64,000 bases of DNA from Perkinsus chesapeaki ATCC PRA-425 (GCA_013115145.1 JAAPAO010000037.1:50009-114008), one strand, 5' to 3'; shown: positions 49,400 through 63,930, counted from the first letter of the stretch. Notes: generated from the letters alone by a model not told the origin. A program made the numbers and translations.

Positions 49400-52300
49400 C
49401 TGCTGTTGGTCCTATTCTCTTTGTTCCGTAGTAGGAAGTGTATTTACATGTGATATTGTTGAGTTGTCAGTTCACGACCCTATTTCTAACTCCACTTGCA
49501 AGCTTGCTGCCGCAATAGAAAAGTCTCTGAACACATATTGGAGAATAGGCCCGCTCAAATGAGGTTGGTGACCTCTGCAGATAGCAGGCATGCTACATGA
49601 CCTAGCCTGGTCTGCATTGCAAACCCACGTCGAACAGTTGGCTGACAGCTCGACGTGTTACTCGAGCGAGCTAAGACTCAATAGAGCCTGGCGAAGTAGC
49701 TCTAGGAAGGCTGCGATGGCGAACTGCGTTTTTTATAGTATCTATCAGGAGTTCTCTCCCAGAGAACTCGTACGGGATGTGATGTCTTGTACCGAGCGGG
49801 ACACCTTCCAAAACGCTGGTGACTCGATCTACTTGATACGTTCGTCATGTTCCTCTACATTCGTAACAAGTTTCAAGCTACGGAGTTTGAAGCGGTTCTC
49901 TATTGATTATCAAGGCCTTATTCGTGCCATGGAGATGGATGGAGCGAGCAATATGTGAATCGAGCAACGCTCATTCACCGGCGCGAATAGGCATTGTTAA
50001 GAAGACAGCTTGATTGGTGTAGAAGGCTGAGAATTTTGGACACTCCCTTGACGGTGGCTCAGTTAAATGTGGAATGTCAGTATAGACAAGCTCGCCGAAA
50101 GTCTGGCATTCGACTGATATCTCATTGTTATATCCCTGCCTCAGAAGGATATGCTAAGACTGTATTCGTGCATAATGCCATAGTGCCTTGGATTGATAGC
50201 GCGTCGGTATGCATGCTGCTTGTGCGCATGCTATCACGGTATATTCAAAACAATATCGTCCAAGTTCTGGAAAATGTAGAGTAGAGAGTCTCTACTGGGG
50301 ACATTGCCTGTCTATCGCCTTGGATCAACTTGAAATTTGCAACATCTCTCTGTACGTTCAGGCTGCTCGTTTGAACAATCGCTAGCAGCGCGGGTTTCGA
50401 GGGAATACAGAAGACCACACCAGGCCCCTTTATGATATGGTACCAAATCGTCTGGTCCAAATGTATTATCAGTCTGAGCTAACCATCAAACGCAAGCATG
50501 GTAATGTAAGACCGGGACATGCTCACTCCTAGCCACGTCTCATGAATAAGAAGTCTCCATCTTACGCCGCTCGATCATCGAAAAACTGTCCTGATTTTCC
50601 ATGGTGTATATCCACTCGCGTCTCCCCATCGGGTGCAATGCGAATATCGACGTTGTAGGAGCAGGCTGTTCCACCAGACTTATCCAGTCTTAGATCGCGT
50701 CCTTCAGATGTTGCTGAGTCTTCGGTAGGGCTAGCATGAGGTGGTGAAGGAAGACACTGAACAACCGCTTGGACTGGAGTTCAGGCGTCTTGGCCCAAGT
50801 TACTTGCAATATCACTTCCTGCGATCTCTGAGATTGCTTAACTTCTGCAGCACCCTGCAGTAGCAATAAAACTTCAGCTGTGAAGATTTCTTCAAAGCAT
50901 AACGCCAATTGATACACTTTCGAAGACTCTCTGGCTCCGAGGTCGACGACGAGTCTATTATTGTTTATTCCACCAAGTTCATCAAGTAGCTGCGCGAGGC
51001 TCTTCGTTCCGGTTTTTTCGCAAAGTTCTCGGGAACGAAATCTGTAAGATCTCGTCCAGCCGCTTGCAGGGTTGTACCTGAGCGAGTAATTGAAGGCCAT
51101 TTGAGACAGACCACTACAAAGCCAGGTGCACGAAAGACATCCCACGCTGAGTCTTAGGGCACCTCAACAAACTGCCTCGAAAAAGTGCACCGTGCATCTG
51201 AACAATGCGTAACAGTCAACCTGGCTACGCAAAGCTAAGACGGGACGACTCGAACACTAGAGGTATTACGAGTCGCAAGGATTACGCTAAGTATGGTTGA
51301 AAATACTGGCACGTCTGAGTTAGTGCAGTTCAGATGGAGGGATACCGCTTTCTCTTCTTGTACTCGCTTACTGTTAATTACTAGCCGTAAGGATCACCTG
51401 AGATAGGAGTTCAAGTCCTAAGACTAACCCGAGGTACTGTCAAATTAATACCTTCACGTAGTTCTTCTAACGACAGTAGCTCTGTTATATTGGGCATCAA
51501 ACCTGACAGCCACGAACTTTCGTCTTACAGTGGGGAAGGCCCTGAGTTTCAGCGCAAGTCCGTCTGTGTTCACCTACTTGTGGCATCTCCGGCGTCACCA
51601 TTTTTAAGGTACTGAAGAAGAGACTGCATTGACTCTCACTCAAGTAGACATCACTTCTGCAACCGCAGCTCCATTGAACTCTTCGAGGTACGAAGTGAGA
51701 TTTGCCAAGGAGGAATACAGTTGAGCAGTTCGGTGATCTTGGGTTGTTACTTTGATTAATATCTCGTTTGATAGAACAGATGTGACAACCACATCTGCAA
51801 GAACCTTTCAAGAAAACTGTGTTGGATGACGACAATCGGGCAAGATTAGCGCGACTGTTTTCCACGTGATGGGGGAGAGGTATGGACTACTGTGACTACA
51901 TATTTAGACGCACCAGGTTGCTGATCGACATCGGTTAACACTTCTGAGGAGATCGAGTAGTGTGCGGGTAACTGAGGGCAGAGATCTACCTCTCAGCAAC
52001 TCTCCAGTTGTCCTTGAATTAGCAACAGACAGTTGTCCCACTGCTAACGGTAGCAGTACGTTGGGCTCTGACACAGTACGTCACGGTATCTTGGCTACCA
52101 GTATCGGACTCCCAGTGACGTCCACTACGAGCGTTGCGAAGTTGAAGTGCTGCTATGCGGTTTATATTTACCGATATTTCTCAGACTTCACGGCTCACTA
52201 GCCTGATTAACGCTAGAAGGTTTTCAGTGGCATCTCACCTCTATAGAGCTCGTAGCACTGGACAAAGGAAGTGTCGGCCGTTTGGGTCTCCGCATCCGTG

Positions 52301-55300
52301 GCATCACCGCTCATCGACCATTGGACCTCAAGAGGTCGCTGGTTGTATTTCATTCGCTTTAAGTGGAATTGGAGGTCCAAACTCTTACATCGGAAATGAT
52401 TGCAGAAGAGCCAGACGTATGGCCAACAGGCCGCTGTTTGAACCTGTACTCAAGCACATAATAACCAAATGTCAATTGAGTCCCTTACAGTAAACGGAGA
52501 TCTTTTTCCACATTCAAGAGGCCGATCGTGATCTTTGAGATTTGGTTGTACCGCTTGGCTCGCCGAGTTGCTACAATCAGCCAGATAAGATGGTTGGTGC
52601 AGCACGGTTGTCTTACCGATTGAATCAGCTAAGTTATTCATAAAACTAGGCAAGTCGAAGCCTTCATCTGCCGAGCATTCTTGTTCGTCTCCTTGTAAGC
52701 TTTGTTTGAGTAAGTTGACTTGTGTATTGTAGTACCTGCAGAATACACTCGAGAATGGATGAAGTCTGGAAATCTTTTCAAGTTTAAATATCTGAGCGAA
52801 TTAAGCTGAAGGCTCCTGGTTCAATACACTCGGATGTCCTCTGACATATAAGCCTTTTCTACTTGCATAAATATCCTCTAGCCTTATGTAGGCCTCTTTT
52901 CTCATCGATCGATTCGGAGAGGCGATGAGCTTCTCTCTGTTGTTGACCTAGCCGTCCGCGCCATCCCTCTGTTGCTCCATTAAGCCGAGCTCGCACATTG
53001 GACAGACTGGCAGCATGACGTAAACTATGCTTACAGTGAAACCACTACTTGTCGCTGAGATGAGTTCTGGGATCATTTCTTCCTGCCTTGTTGGTGACTG
53101 CCTTCAGGGAACCGACGCAAATCGTCGATACACTCAGCTTGATGAGGGTCATCAAGGAAGAAGGTGCATCCAAGGCGCTTCGCCTAAACCGGGAAATTCC
53201 CGGCGGGAATTGCTACTCGAGTCGGAGTCAATGACTCGTAACATAAGAGAACCGTAGAGACTATCGCTGAGACAGCATGCTTGGAGTGATACAGACCTCA
53301 AATCTCGGTTCGAGGTCATAACTATGATTCAGGCCACAAAATCATGAGTCATGGAGTTTCTACATATCCCGACTCGGGATTCCGGAGCACTGTTCCCTAT
53401 ATGGGCTCAAAGCCATGGAGAACGATGCTCGATGGCTGTCGTCCACTGAAGCAGATTTAGGACACGATGCCACCAGAAGTATACGTGGGATGAAGCAAGC
53501 CTCTACAACTCGGTAATAGAGCGAGGGGTATCCAAATAGATCACCAAACTCAGATCGGAGAGGTGGAGCCGGAAGACTTACTCGAGCGTATGATGGAGCC
53601 ACTGGAGAACCGATCTTTCTCGCGTTACATCGCTTTCCACATCTTCGTGTAATCGGTCTCCCACAGTGCAGCTACTGAGCTCGTCGACGCAGTGGTCGAT
53701 CCTAGGAGTAGCTTCCAGGTATTTCGGTGCAGGCTTCGCCTACTTGCTGGTCACGTAGCGTTGGTATGCTGTTCCGCCTATTTGTGCTGTCCCGACTGAG
53801 ATGAAAGAAGGAACCGAGCTAGAAGCCATACTCGATAGCATACAGTCCCTGTCGGTATTCCGAAGGCTATAAGGCAAGGCCCTGAGGATGACCGTCAGCT
53901 GGTTGAGATGCTGATCAACGTCAGCCGAGGTCGGGGACGAGGCACCTGTTGTGTAATGAAAGAAAGAGATACGAATCTGTACTAATCTTGCACAGATTGC
54001 CAAATCTCCACCTAACTCACATAGTTGCTTTCCGCTGTGTTTCGGTTGTGCTGCACCCATCCGCGGGCAAGGTGAACCACGCGCTCTCGTCCTGGCATGA
54101 TCAATACTCCTCCTTCGGACGTAGGCTTGCAACGCTTTCAGCTGGGCTTGGAGGTGGACTTTCTGGGCCGCTACCTTCTCCCTTTGCACCTTCGGTTAGA
54201 ATAACCTTCTTTTGACCAACGGACCCTAGCTTCCCATATATCTCACGCTCCATGGCGACTTGCATCTTTAACCCATAGCAGTAAAAGTTTATCGCTCCTC
54301 ACTTGAATAAATTCCTCCTCCTTCAAGCTCGCTTCTGTATCTCTTATTGTCCTCTCGACCTGTTTTGACTTTGAAAGTATGAGTGTCGCGAGCTGAGGGC
54401 AGAACACGAATGACGAAGGCGCACAGCTGCCGAAGCAAATTGCAGGCATATTCCTGTTAGGCACCGCCTGTGCCGAACCGCTGTATTTGTGTAAGTTTTT
54501 ATTCAACTATCACAAATGGCTTCGTTAAACCATCCCTTCTATGTGCAGCTTCCGACTCGGAAGGGTTTAATACATGATCTGCGCTCAACGAGGAGGGTCT
54601 TGCTCATCTCACCTGCGATCGGTTAGTTCTGCTCGGCCTATCTGATGCCGTAAATGTTCCCATGTGACACCGAGAGTGCTATAACGAACCATGTACCGCT
54701 CGAACTCCGCAGCCTAACCCACTAGGAGGTAACAAAAGAACTCAACTGCTTTGAAAGTGTACTTAGCGAGGGCAAATGATGCATAGAAACACTCTTATAA
54801 GCATTAGAAGCAGTGGAGATTTCCCATTGGACTTGGAGTACATCTCGAATACTTGACAAATGATGGCTGCCTGTGAAGTAGTAGTGTGATAATCGATACT
54901 TCTTCCCAACGCATCCCGCGAATATCCGACGAGTAACGTGGAGGGTCCATATTCGAGCAAAAAAGAGATGACGAGCGATAGTTGAAGGATATGTGGAATG
55001 ATCCGATTTGAAAATATCTCGAAAGCCTGAATACCTCCAAAACATTATTCGGCAAATCCGACATACCTGTAGCAGTAATCAGCAACTGAGCCTCAGTTTA
55101 TGTTTGGTGTAGTACAAACATTTGACTTTGGTTATGGGCTGTCAGAAATACGTGCGATACAGCATCACAAGACTCGCTCCTGAAGCCTACCTATCTTAAT
55201 GTATATCCTAATCCCACTATTCTCGAGTAGGAACTCGAAACTTCTAGTCGAGTGAAGGGCTTCGGAGACAATCGCCAATGAGATTATTTGAGGACTTCGT

Positions 55301-55950
55301 TGAGCTACCACTGGTAACCGAAGGGCCTTAAAATTTCGTATACCACACAATACCTACCTATACTGAGAATCGTCGTAGCGGATGGTCTCGAAGATTCTGT
55401 TCACCTTATGGTATCTCGTATACGTATGTGGAGCCGTGGCAACTAATCACCTTCAGAAATCTGTTCACATTATGTCAGTACGCGAAAGGCCTATAAAGGT
55501 GATCAGAACATCCGTGAAACGTATGAAAGATGGGTCACCAATCATGCGTGATAAAGAAAAAGGATCGAACAACTAGGATGAGAGCTGTGGCGATAATTTG
55601 TCGCCACATTTAGACAAAAGCCTTTAGTGGATTGGAAATCGCTCTATATGAGTCGCTGGCGCAACGCGGAGGAGCTTCCTTCAAGGAAGCCCTGTCCTCA
55701 AATAAGGATCCTTTCACGGTACGGCGGCTACCTTAGCCAGTAACAGGCCTCTTCCTCGTCATCTAAGCTTGTTGCCTAGCCTCGTAATTCAAAGCTACTA
55801 AAGAGGGCGAACTCTTCAAGTACGATATGGCGAGCTAGCCGAGGAGTTGGGAATTGTCGCTGATTCGCCTTCTTCTCGCTCCAATCATCTCGTTGTTTTG
55901 CATTTGAGAGCCACTTTCTAGCTGTTCGCAACCGTTCATCTCTCGTTAGC
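49400..55950 (-). CDS. One or more unassigned multi-exon hypothetical genes (coiled-coil and Cys-rich segments)
   Basis: Minus-strand GT-AG intron pattern; coiled-coil exons (QVERTIRDTEASLKEEEF, VQREKVAAQKVHLQAQLKALQ) and Cys-rich segments near 51600-51800; gene number and boundaries unresolved. Confidence 0.3.
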
Positions 55951-56174
55951 CGAGTAATTCTGGGGAATCGCAAAAAAGGTGGGCAAGTAAAATTGGGGGT
56001 TTACCGTAAACCGTTTACGCGATGCATGAGCAGACTTGAGCCATTTTGGCCATGCGACGTTATCTGAGCATTGGCGAGTTGGTACTGAATCCAGAGAGAA
56101 CGCAACAACTTCCATTCCGTTGAGCAGAGGTGAAATGTATTATTTGCAGCATGTTTGAGCGATGCGCTTCAAAT

Positions 56175-59100
56175 TCACTGGGCCATGATTTCGTCTTTCG
56201 GCTCGGCTGTACTCTGACACTGCTACATCAACCCATGACATCCCCATCCAGCTTACCTTGCTGATCGTAGGAGGCCCACCGGCCCCTTGCCTGCCAAGCG
56301 GCACAACCATGTTGGCCGCAATCCGCCTGAATATAAACAATAAGTCACGTCAACTATGAGAGGCTACCTGGACGGTGCGTTACCACCCGGCGTTGGCGGT
56401 ATCATCATTGGGTTACGAGCAAACGGTTGTGATCCACCGTGTCGCTTCTGTAATATCTGAGCCGTAAATGGCGAGACCGAAGAGGCTGTCGTCGTGGCCC
56501 ACATCCATGGCGTTTGTGAGATTGAGACACTGTGCAAGCAGCTTGTCGTATTTGGACTTGCTCTCTGATAGCGATTCTTGCAATTGATTAATTCTGGTGT
56601 CCTTCCGCTTCGCGGCTCGCTCTTTCTCCTAACAGGTCATGAAATCAGCAGCCGTCTCCGCAGCAGCTCATTTCTACATAGAGTTCCTTCTGGAGATCGG
56701 CGTTCTGGGCAATCTTTGCTTGATGCAAATCTGTTAGTTGACCAAGGTTCTTGTCCAGCTGAACCATCTTGTGTCTCATCATTGTCTCTTCCTCCTTGTG
56801 CTTTACAACACACCTTAATTGCCTTCTCCCCGACTTCCACCTACCCGCAGCATCTGCTGGCTGAGCTGCCCTTCCAGTTCTGTAACCCGCTGCTCTAACT
56901 CTTCCGTTTGCCGCGTAATCAAACCATTCACACTTCCAGCATCGCCATCATTGGAGCCTACCACGATCGATGTGACGCTAAATTCCTGCCCGAGAGATCC
57001 ACCTGCTTGCTCAAGGAGCTGCTCTAGCCGATCGATTCGCTGCGCCTGAGTTGACCACCTCTCCCAGAAATGCGAACCGGTTGTCCAAAAACCTGTAACA
57101 TTTTAGTGGTCTGCAACTCCTGCACCAACAGCCTCAGTGATGGTGTTTTATTCTCTAAGACAACAAGGCATTCCTCAAGGTAAGGTAAAGTCAAGCTACT
57201 TCCATCGGCACCCAATCCATTGCCTTCATTGCCAGCCGGTGACTGAAATCCACAACGTCCTGCTATGCGATAGTGCAACCAGTTACCCCTGCCGATGATC
57301 GTTCATCAGGTTTCCTCTCCTGCTGCAGCCGTAGGCTCTCCGCCACCTCCAGTCTCTCCCTCAAGACCGCCAATTCTCGCCGGAACTCGTCGCCTTCGCG
57401 CTGACCATTAAGTCTGTCACAATAACTGTCTCCTGTTGCCTTACAGCCAGATGGTTTTGAGCATCATTGGCTTCCTGTAACTGGTATTCCAGACTGGCCT
57501 TCGATTCCTGCGCCGTAGCAAACTCGGACCGTAGCTCTTCAAACTTCGCGGCTTGCTCGTCCAGCTCCTACCCGTATCGTAAGCCAGCGTGAGATGCACG
57601 CTTAACCTCTCGCAGGCCTCTATTTTCTAGCTCCTGGTCGGCCAGCTGGTCCTTCAATTCCTTTATACTAGTGTCATCGACTTTGACCACAACCGGCGCA
57701 TTCACTGCCACTACGATTGTCATTCCATCACCATTCTCTCAGCCCTGTCGTGGCTCACCTGGGGCCTTGGGGGAGGAGCTCTTCAGCGATTCCACGATAG
57801 GAGAAGCTTCCAGTGCGATGGTCTCCAGGCCTGCCAAATAGAGCTGCCAAAAAATAAAGCTACTTTATAGTGTACCGCTCCCAAATTCTATCCCAGCCTG
57901 CAAGCATCTCTCTTTCAGGTACTTGATGATCCTTTTGCAGCGACTCAGCGTCTCCCTGTGCTTCAACACCAGTCCTTGGCTCTTCTCCAGCATCATCGTC
58001 AGTTCCTCCACCGATCGCCGCTGGTTCACATGGCACACGTTCTTAATCGCCTTTGCTCGCTGTCCAAACCTAAGCCACTCAATGACACCCAACCAGGCGG
58101 AAAAACCTGCCTGAGGGTTGATAACGTCTCCATCACATTCGCCGGACTAGGGCTACAGGTGAGGATAATACACGTTTTAGAGTTGCCACCAAGGGACTCT
58201 TGAAGCACTCGGGTGAGCCGTGAATCCCGATACGGTATGTGCTTCCTGAAACACAGTCGTCACGGCATCAAACTAGTGGTGATGTATATCGGCAAGAGAA
58301 ATGTATATAGGTTTATGGGAATTGTGGAGATATAGAAAATATAAAGGTTGCAGTGGGGTAGTTCCTCATGCGGAATAAGTTATAATAAGTCATTCCTAAT
58401 GTACCCTGTACATGCGCGCGGGACGTAAAAATAGCAAGCTCAAACGGGTTTTTGCAATTCCTTAGAAAGTTCGAAAGATTCGTACAAAATTCAGGCCACC
58501 ACCTTCTGCGGCTCCTCACTAGGTGAAGTGAGGAAGTGTTGTTGCATACAATATACTTCAACTCCTGAGCTTACTTGTCACCATTAGTAGCCCCGGGGCT
58601 AGTAAGAGCATTGATAACATTTCCCAGGGCCGAGAGGGACCGGTTGATGTTACCAGCCTCGACCAGACGATTGCCGGTCGCACCTATAGAAGCACTAACG
58701 CAGCCACACGGAACCAGATACCTCACCAGTTTTTGAGACCTTTTCCGAGCCAGCCAAGTCTACCAATCGTAAAGAGCCTTCCTTAACAGACCTGATCCCT
58801 TCATGACCAGGCCGGCGCGCTCGTAGCTTACTCGTCGGAGCTGTTCTTGGCCGTCGCTGTCAGCATCAGAATGAGATGAGACCGCGACGAGTGCTCGTTC
58901 ATATTGGTCACGGCGGCCGTGCCTGGAATGGAATAGGCAGTTATCAGCCTTAAATGCCTACGGTTCGCATGGCCTTCTTTCAAGATTTCAAAGATCAATT
59001 CTTTATTATTTATGTATCTGATATGACCTTCTGACCGCCACTAACCCGACTCACCGTTCAGTAACACCGGCAATGAAGACCCCCTTCCTTGGATCCTCCT

Positions 59101-59882
59101 TAATCTTCAGATGATCCTTGGACAGGTCTGCGAACAACTCAGATATACTGTGCAGAGCCACCCACCCATAAGATCCCGAATTCTCTCGTTGTAGATCTCA
59201 ACCAAGCTAATCCTAATAGTGTACTCGATATCCTCCGGTGCCGTCTCCGCTTCCTCAAACAATGTATCAACCTGTCCAGCTGCCAATCAGCTACCCTCCA
59301 GCTCGGACCGACCAACCATGCGAGGTATCACGCCCATATCCCGGACACTGAAGAGGTCTGGGCCCTCCATGGTGTAGGTTTTACCGCTCGCCGTCTGGCC
59401 ATAGGCGAACACGGTACCATTGAAACCCTGAAGTAGTCGACTGAGAGATACCCGATACCATGGAAATGCGCACTTGCATGACTCCTCGGATGATTGGCTT
59501 AGCAGCATATTCGTAAACTTCGCTCTGTGAGCTGTCGGGGCTGAACACTCTGTCAAACGTGAAGGTCCCTCCCTCGGTCTCGACCGATCTGAGACGGCGG
59601 CGGCCTCTGCATCTAGGCGGCAGCGGGCCGTACCGGTCGATGCTGACACATGACGGACTAAGGAAGCGCGTGCAGCTCTGGCCGCCACCAGTGATCTGTA
59701 TCTCCTGCCGATTCAATGGGCGAAACCTGAGCACGAGGGTGAGACAGCGGGTCGGAGGGCAAGGCTGCAGACCTGCAGCAGACTTTAACATTGATTGCCT
59801 CCTCGGGCGCGGTGCCTGGTCCAGAGCCCATAGAGTCCGCAAGGTCATCTTCTATAGACGCTATTGAGAGATCCATGGTCAT
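56175..59882 (-). CDS. Kinesin-1 (kinesin heavy chain)-like motor
   Basis: [19 protein letters not shown]-loop [70 protein letters not shown]; coiled stalk; tail [10 protein letters not shown]. Confidence 0.92.
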
Positions 59883-60073
59883 TAGAGACCAACGCAGACA
59901 ACGGGAAATGTACACTAATGCCAACTTGCCGACATTAACAAAAGCAACAACAACAACAACAAGGAGGAGGAGCTCCGCACAGGGAGGAGCAACATAAGGT
60001 GACAAACATAAGCAGATAAGAAGAATTCTTATAACAAGTCAAATGTGGACGAGGACGGCATAGTATCCATCAA

Positions 60074-61695
60074 CTAGTCGAAAAATTGGGCAGCGCCTCC
60101 ATCCAGCACCATAATGGGGTCGACGGCTTCACCCTGCACATCGTATACTTCCTTGCGTCCAACATACGACAGCACCTCACTTACCTCGACGCCTCTTCCC
60201 ACTACCCAGGTCCTGAAAACAATTCCTTCGCCGTCGGGATTGGTCCAGATCTCCGTCCTCAGACGGTCACCGGGGACAACGGGTTTGGTGAAGCGGCAAC
60301 GAAAACCTTGAAGGTGAATGCAGATTATAGACCAGCAGCCAATACGAAACCGACCGTACTTTTCAGTCTTTTTTCATCGCCATCCAAGCATGCTTTGATG
60401 ACGTGTCTAGCAGCGAATCCCAGTGTGCAGAGGCCGTGTAGGATAGGCTCATCAAAGCCGTAGGACTGACGGAGGTATCGTAGTGAAAAGTAAGGCCCGT
60501 CTCACCTTGGCCGTCTGAGGATCCACGTGCAGAGGGTTGTAGTCGCCGCTTAGTCTGTAGAGATCTGCCTGGATGCAGCCTGAGGAAAGCATTAGTGGAT
60601 TTGGTGAAGCTAAAAAATGTCCCGAGAACCTGATCGGGCAAATTCCGAGCCCTCGCTAACACTCCACAAATCCGAAATTAGATAACCAGAGGTAATGCAC
60701 CCATCTCTTACTGGCCTGATCCGAGACGGTATAATTAGGAGCTTGATCAGGAATGGTGACCTTCAGGGTGCTCGGGCTGCCAGCCGGGGACAAGTCGGAT
60801 TTGCCCAGGAAAAACAAGGAATTGGTAAGTCTCAGGACCCTACCAGACACCACTCTCGGCGCACTCAATATTTCCAAAACTATCTTACTCTTCGCCAGTC
60901 GACTCATCCATAATGAAGGTCTCCATCTCGGCTAGGAGCTACGAAGGCAAAGACAAGGTTATCTGGCAAGGGGAAGGCAGCCTACCCCGGCCTTCTTGGG
61001 TGTAAGGGCGGTGAATCTGCTCTTCATGCCCCATTTCTGTGATCCCACCACCGATGTTGGCAATGGAGCTTTCAATACCTCCATGCTGCGCTCGGCGTCT
61101 ATAATGACCTTGCCTGATGCAATATATATGTACTGGATATTTATACCTCTACCAATGAACGCATTATTACCTAGATACTTTACTACTACTCACTTCAAAT
61201 ACTACAATTAAAGTCCACAAAATTTTCAAGCTTCAATTCGATGTGTGATTTTTCACGGTGGAGAACTTATCAACTCCCAGCTCGGAATGGTCTCTATCAG
61301 AAACGATCGCCAGGGACCCCAAATGTATATTTTATTTCGGCTCTCATCTCGGAGTCTCCCGGATCTGCTCACCTTTGAAAATGTCAAGGTCCATGAGTAG
61401 CTGTGGCGGTGGGAAGGGTACCGTCTGAGCCGACTCATCTCCCTTAAAGGTGGCAGCTGACAAAAGCCATCAGCCACTACCAGTTTAACAGAACAAGCTC
61501 ACCAAATATGATTGTGGGAATGACAGCAAAGTCAGGATGCTTCTCGTAAACGTACTTCCTCTCAGTGGCCCCGATGCCAAGGGCGTAAAGTATCGCGTCC
61601 TTCTCTGTGTAGGAGATCGGAGTGGTAGGGAAAAATCCAGCCTCGACGAGATCCTGGGCGGACGCGAACTTTCTGGGCGAAGATTCGTGGCACAT
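60074..61695 (-). CDS. (R)-specific enoyl-CoA hydratase 2 (MaoC/hot-dog fold, MFE-2 hydratase-like), stand-alone
   Basis: [15 protein letters not shown]; hydratase-2 motif [15 protein letters not shown]...[16 protein letters not shown]; [19 protein letters not shown]; ends ...AQFFD*. Confidence 0.9.
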
Positions 61696-61982
61696 TGTTC
61701 AGGCAGACTCCAGCTCAAAAGTCTGCTCCAATGCATCAAGGATCGGATATCCGGCTGGCTATTAACAGCCGACACCTTCCCAACAGACACTTCAAGTGGT
61801 GCCCCACAGGTCGGTATAATGGAGGAATCGACAGTACTTTTATTTTTATCAACAACGCTCAAACAGGCACCTCCCCATGAAGATTCGTTACTAAACCAAA
61901 ACCCTCCCTGACTGAGCAAACTGTGATTGGTGAATGATGAAAAAGTAACAGCTCAAATTGATCCACATTCTTCTCAATGTCT

Positions 61983-63930
61983 TTAGGCGAATGTGGTCCA
62001 GTTGCTCTTAGATCCCTGCTGCCGCTGACACAATGACAACATCTCAATTACCGAGTACGTCCAAGAAACCTACCATCGGCCCTTCACCAAGTCGGTGAAC
62101 TGTAACCACCGGCGACGCCTGCTTTGCTGGAATACCCTTCCTGGGATCCACCGGCGAATGCGAAGCTGCTGTCGCTGAAAACCGATGCCTACACCTTCGC
62201 ACTACGACACCCTGATTACCTTGGGCCGCCGCAACGCCTCGGGAGGAATCCGGAATCTTAGGAGCGCTGCCTGTGGTGTCCTGCCACTGCTTCACGCTCA
62301 ACGAAGTGATCTCCTTTGAAACCTGCTCAAAGCTACATCTCCTACATCCCAGCCGGCTGCCCCTACCTCATGTCGCTGTTCCCAAGTCCTCAACCTCTCC
62401 GCTCTAACTGCGGCCTGGAATATAAAAATTTCAATAGGACAGTACGAAAATGAAAGATTCTCACCAGGTTGGCCCGCTCTTTCTCCAGAGCCCCGATCAA
62501 CATTGTTCGATCCTGCTCCGCCTGTCTTTGCCTTTCAAGCCACACTGCATTCTGCGACTGAAGGTCCTCCTGAAACACCCTCCCTGCCAGCCCAGTGATC
62601 CTTACCGAAGCACTACCTTCTGTCGGTTAACTCTGTCAAGTTGTCCCCTGAGATCTTGTATTTTAGCATCGGCGCTGCTGACTCTGTCCTTCTCAGACCG
62701 TACAGCGGCCACCACATCAGCTGCATCCATAGCAAGTGGCTCGCCTAAAACCAAGCTACCGCTCCTCCCCCAACTCCCCTCTAACATTACCTTCCTGAAT
62801 CGCCAACTGCCTCACATCGTTAATCTCCTTAATAGCCTCGTCAAGCTGCTTCTTTGTCGCCAACACTGCCGTCTGCTCACTTTCAAGCGCAGCGGTGACG
62901 TCCGTATACTAAACACAACTCTCCTGCCTCTCCACACCCTAGCCGTGCCGCCGCACCTTCTTGTCGAGATTTCTCTTCTTGCCGCGCAAGTCCTCCAAAC
63001 GGGCCCTGGCCTCGTTCAGCATCCGATCAACATCCTGCTTTCTGGCCAACTGCCTCGCAAGCTCTGCTCGCTGGTCTCGGAACTACCAAAAACTATCCAG
63101 TCACATAAGCCCACTGGGCCGACTACATCCTGTTCGAGCTCGGGGCTTGCAGCATCATCGTCATCGTAGGTCTTCACCGTATCCAGCCTCGGCTTCGATC
63201 CGAAACCTACCTCACCAAGCCTGGTAGATGCCTCCGGTGCCCCAGCCTTGTCACCTATATCATTAGAGCTACCATCCACTTTATAAGACCCAGCCAAGGA
63301 TGGCCTCTGATAGGCGCTAGACTGCTGATGCTGCTGCTGGCCCAATGCAGGTGAAGTCGCCGGCACCGCCTCTAAAAACAAGGTAATATACAAAGACCCC
63401 TATAACGACGATTCCCACCTTGTTCAGCTGATGCTTCCTCAGCTACAGGACTGGTTGCGCTTGGCTCATGACCCTGTGGCAGCGCCCCCGTGCTCATAGG
63501 ACGACCCAAGTTAGCCTCGGATGAAGGCATCGCAGGCGGTGTTGTTAAAATTGCCTTCAACGCTGGCGGGAGTTCTGGAAGCAAATGCCGTGAAAATTAG
63601 AGACACTTCTTCTGCCTACTATCGGGTATCTTATAGCCTTCACGAGCTCTCGAGATGAGATGCATCGCCACCAGAAACTCGCTGTATGACAGTTTGCCAT
63701 CTCGATCCTTGTCCGACAAATCCTAACCACCAGTCAGCAGTCTCACCTGCCCCGCCGCCGCCGCCGCCGGTCGTGCTATTACCCATATATGAGAGAGCTC
63801 CTTCTGATTCACGTGGCTCTTGGTCATGAAGTTCCTCGCTGCTAGACCACCAACGTAGCCGTCCTTAGCCAACGAGCGAAAGACATCGGTGTACTTCTGC
63901 AAGTGTTTGCCTACACATCGCACAAGGCTG

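Noticed and set aside
55587-56012. Short hairpins GTGGCGA-N7-TCGCCAC (55587-55607) and GGTTTAC-C-GTAAACC (55998-56012)
   Set aside because: 7-bp stems are expected by chance in 64 kb; there is no supporting context such as a U-tract or a SECIS core with an in-frame TGA.
56035-56050. Relic spliced-leader sequence (minus strand GCCAAAATGGCTCAAG vs dinoflagellate-type GCCATTTTGGCTCAAG)
   Set aside because: Only 13/16 match, lacks the CCGTA 5' part and an SL-RNA context; compatible with chance.
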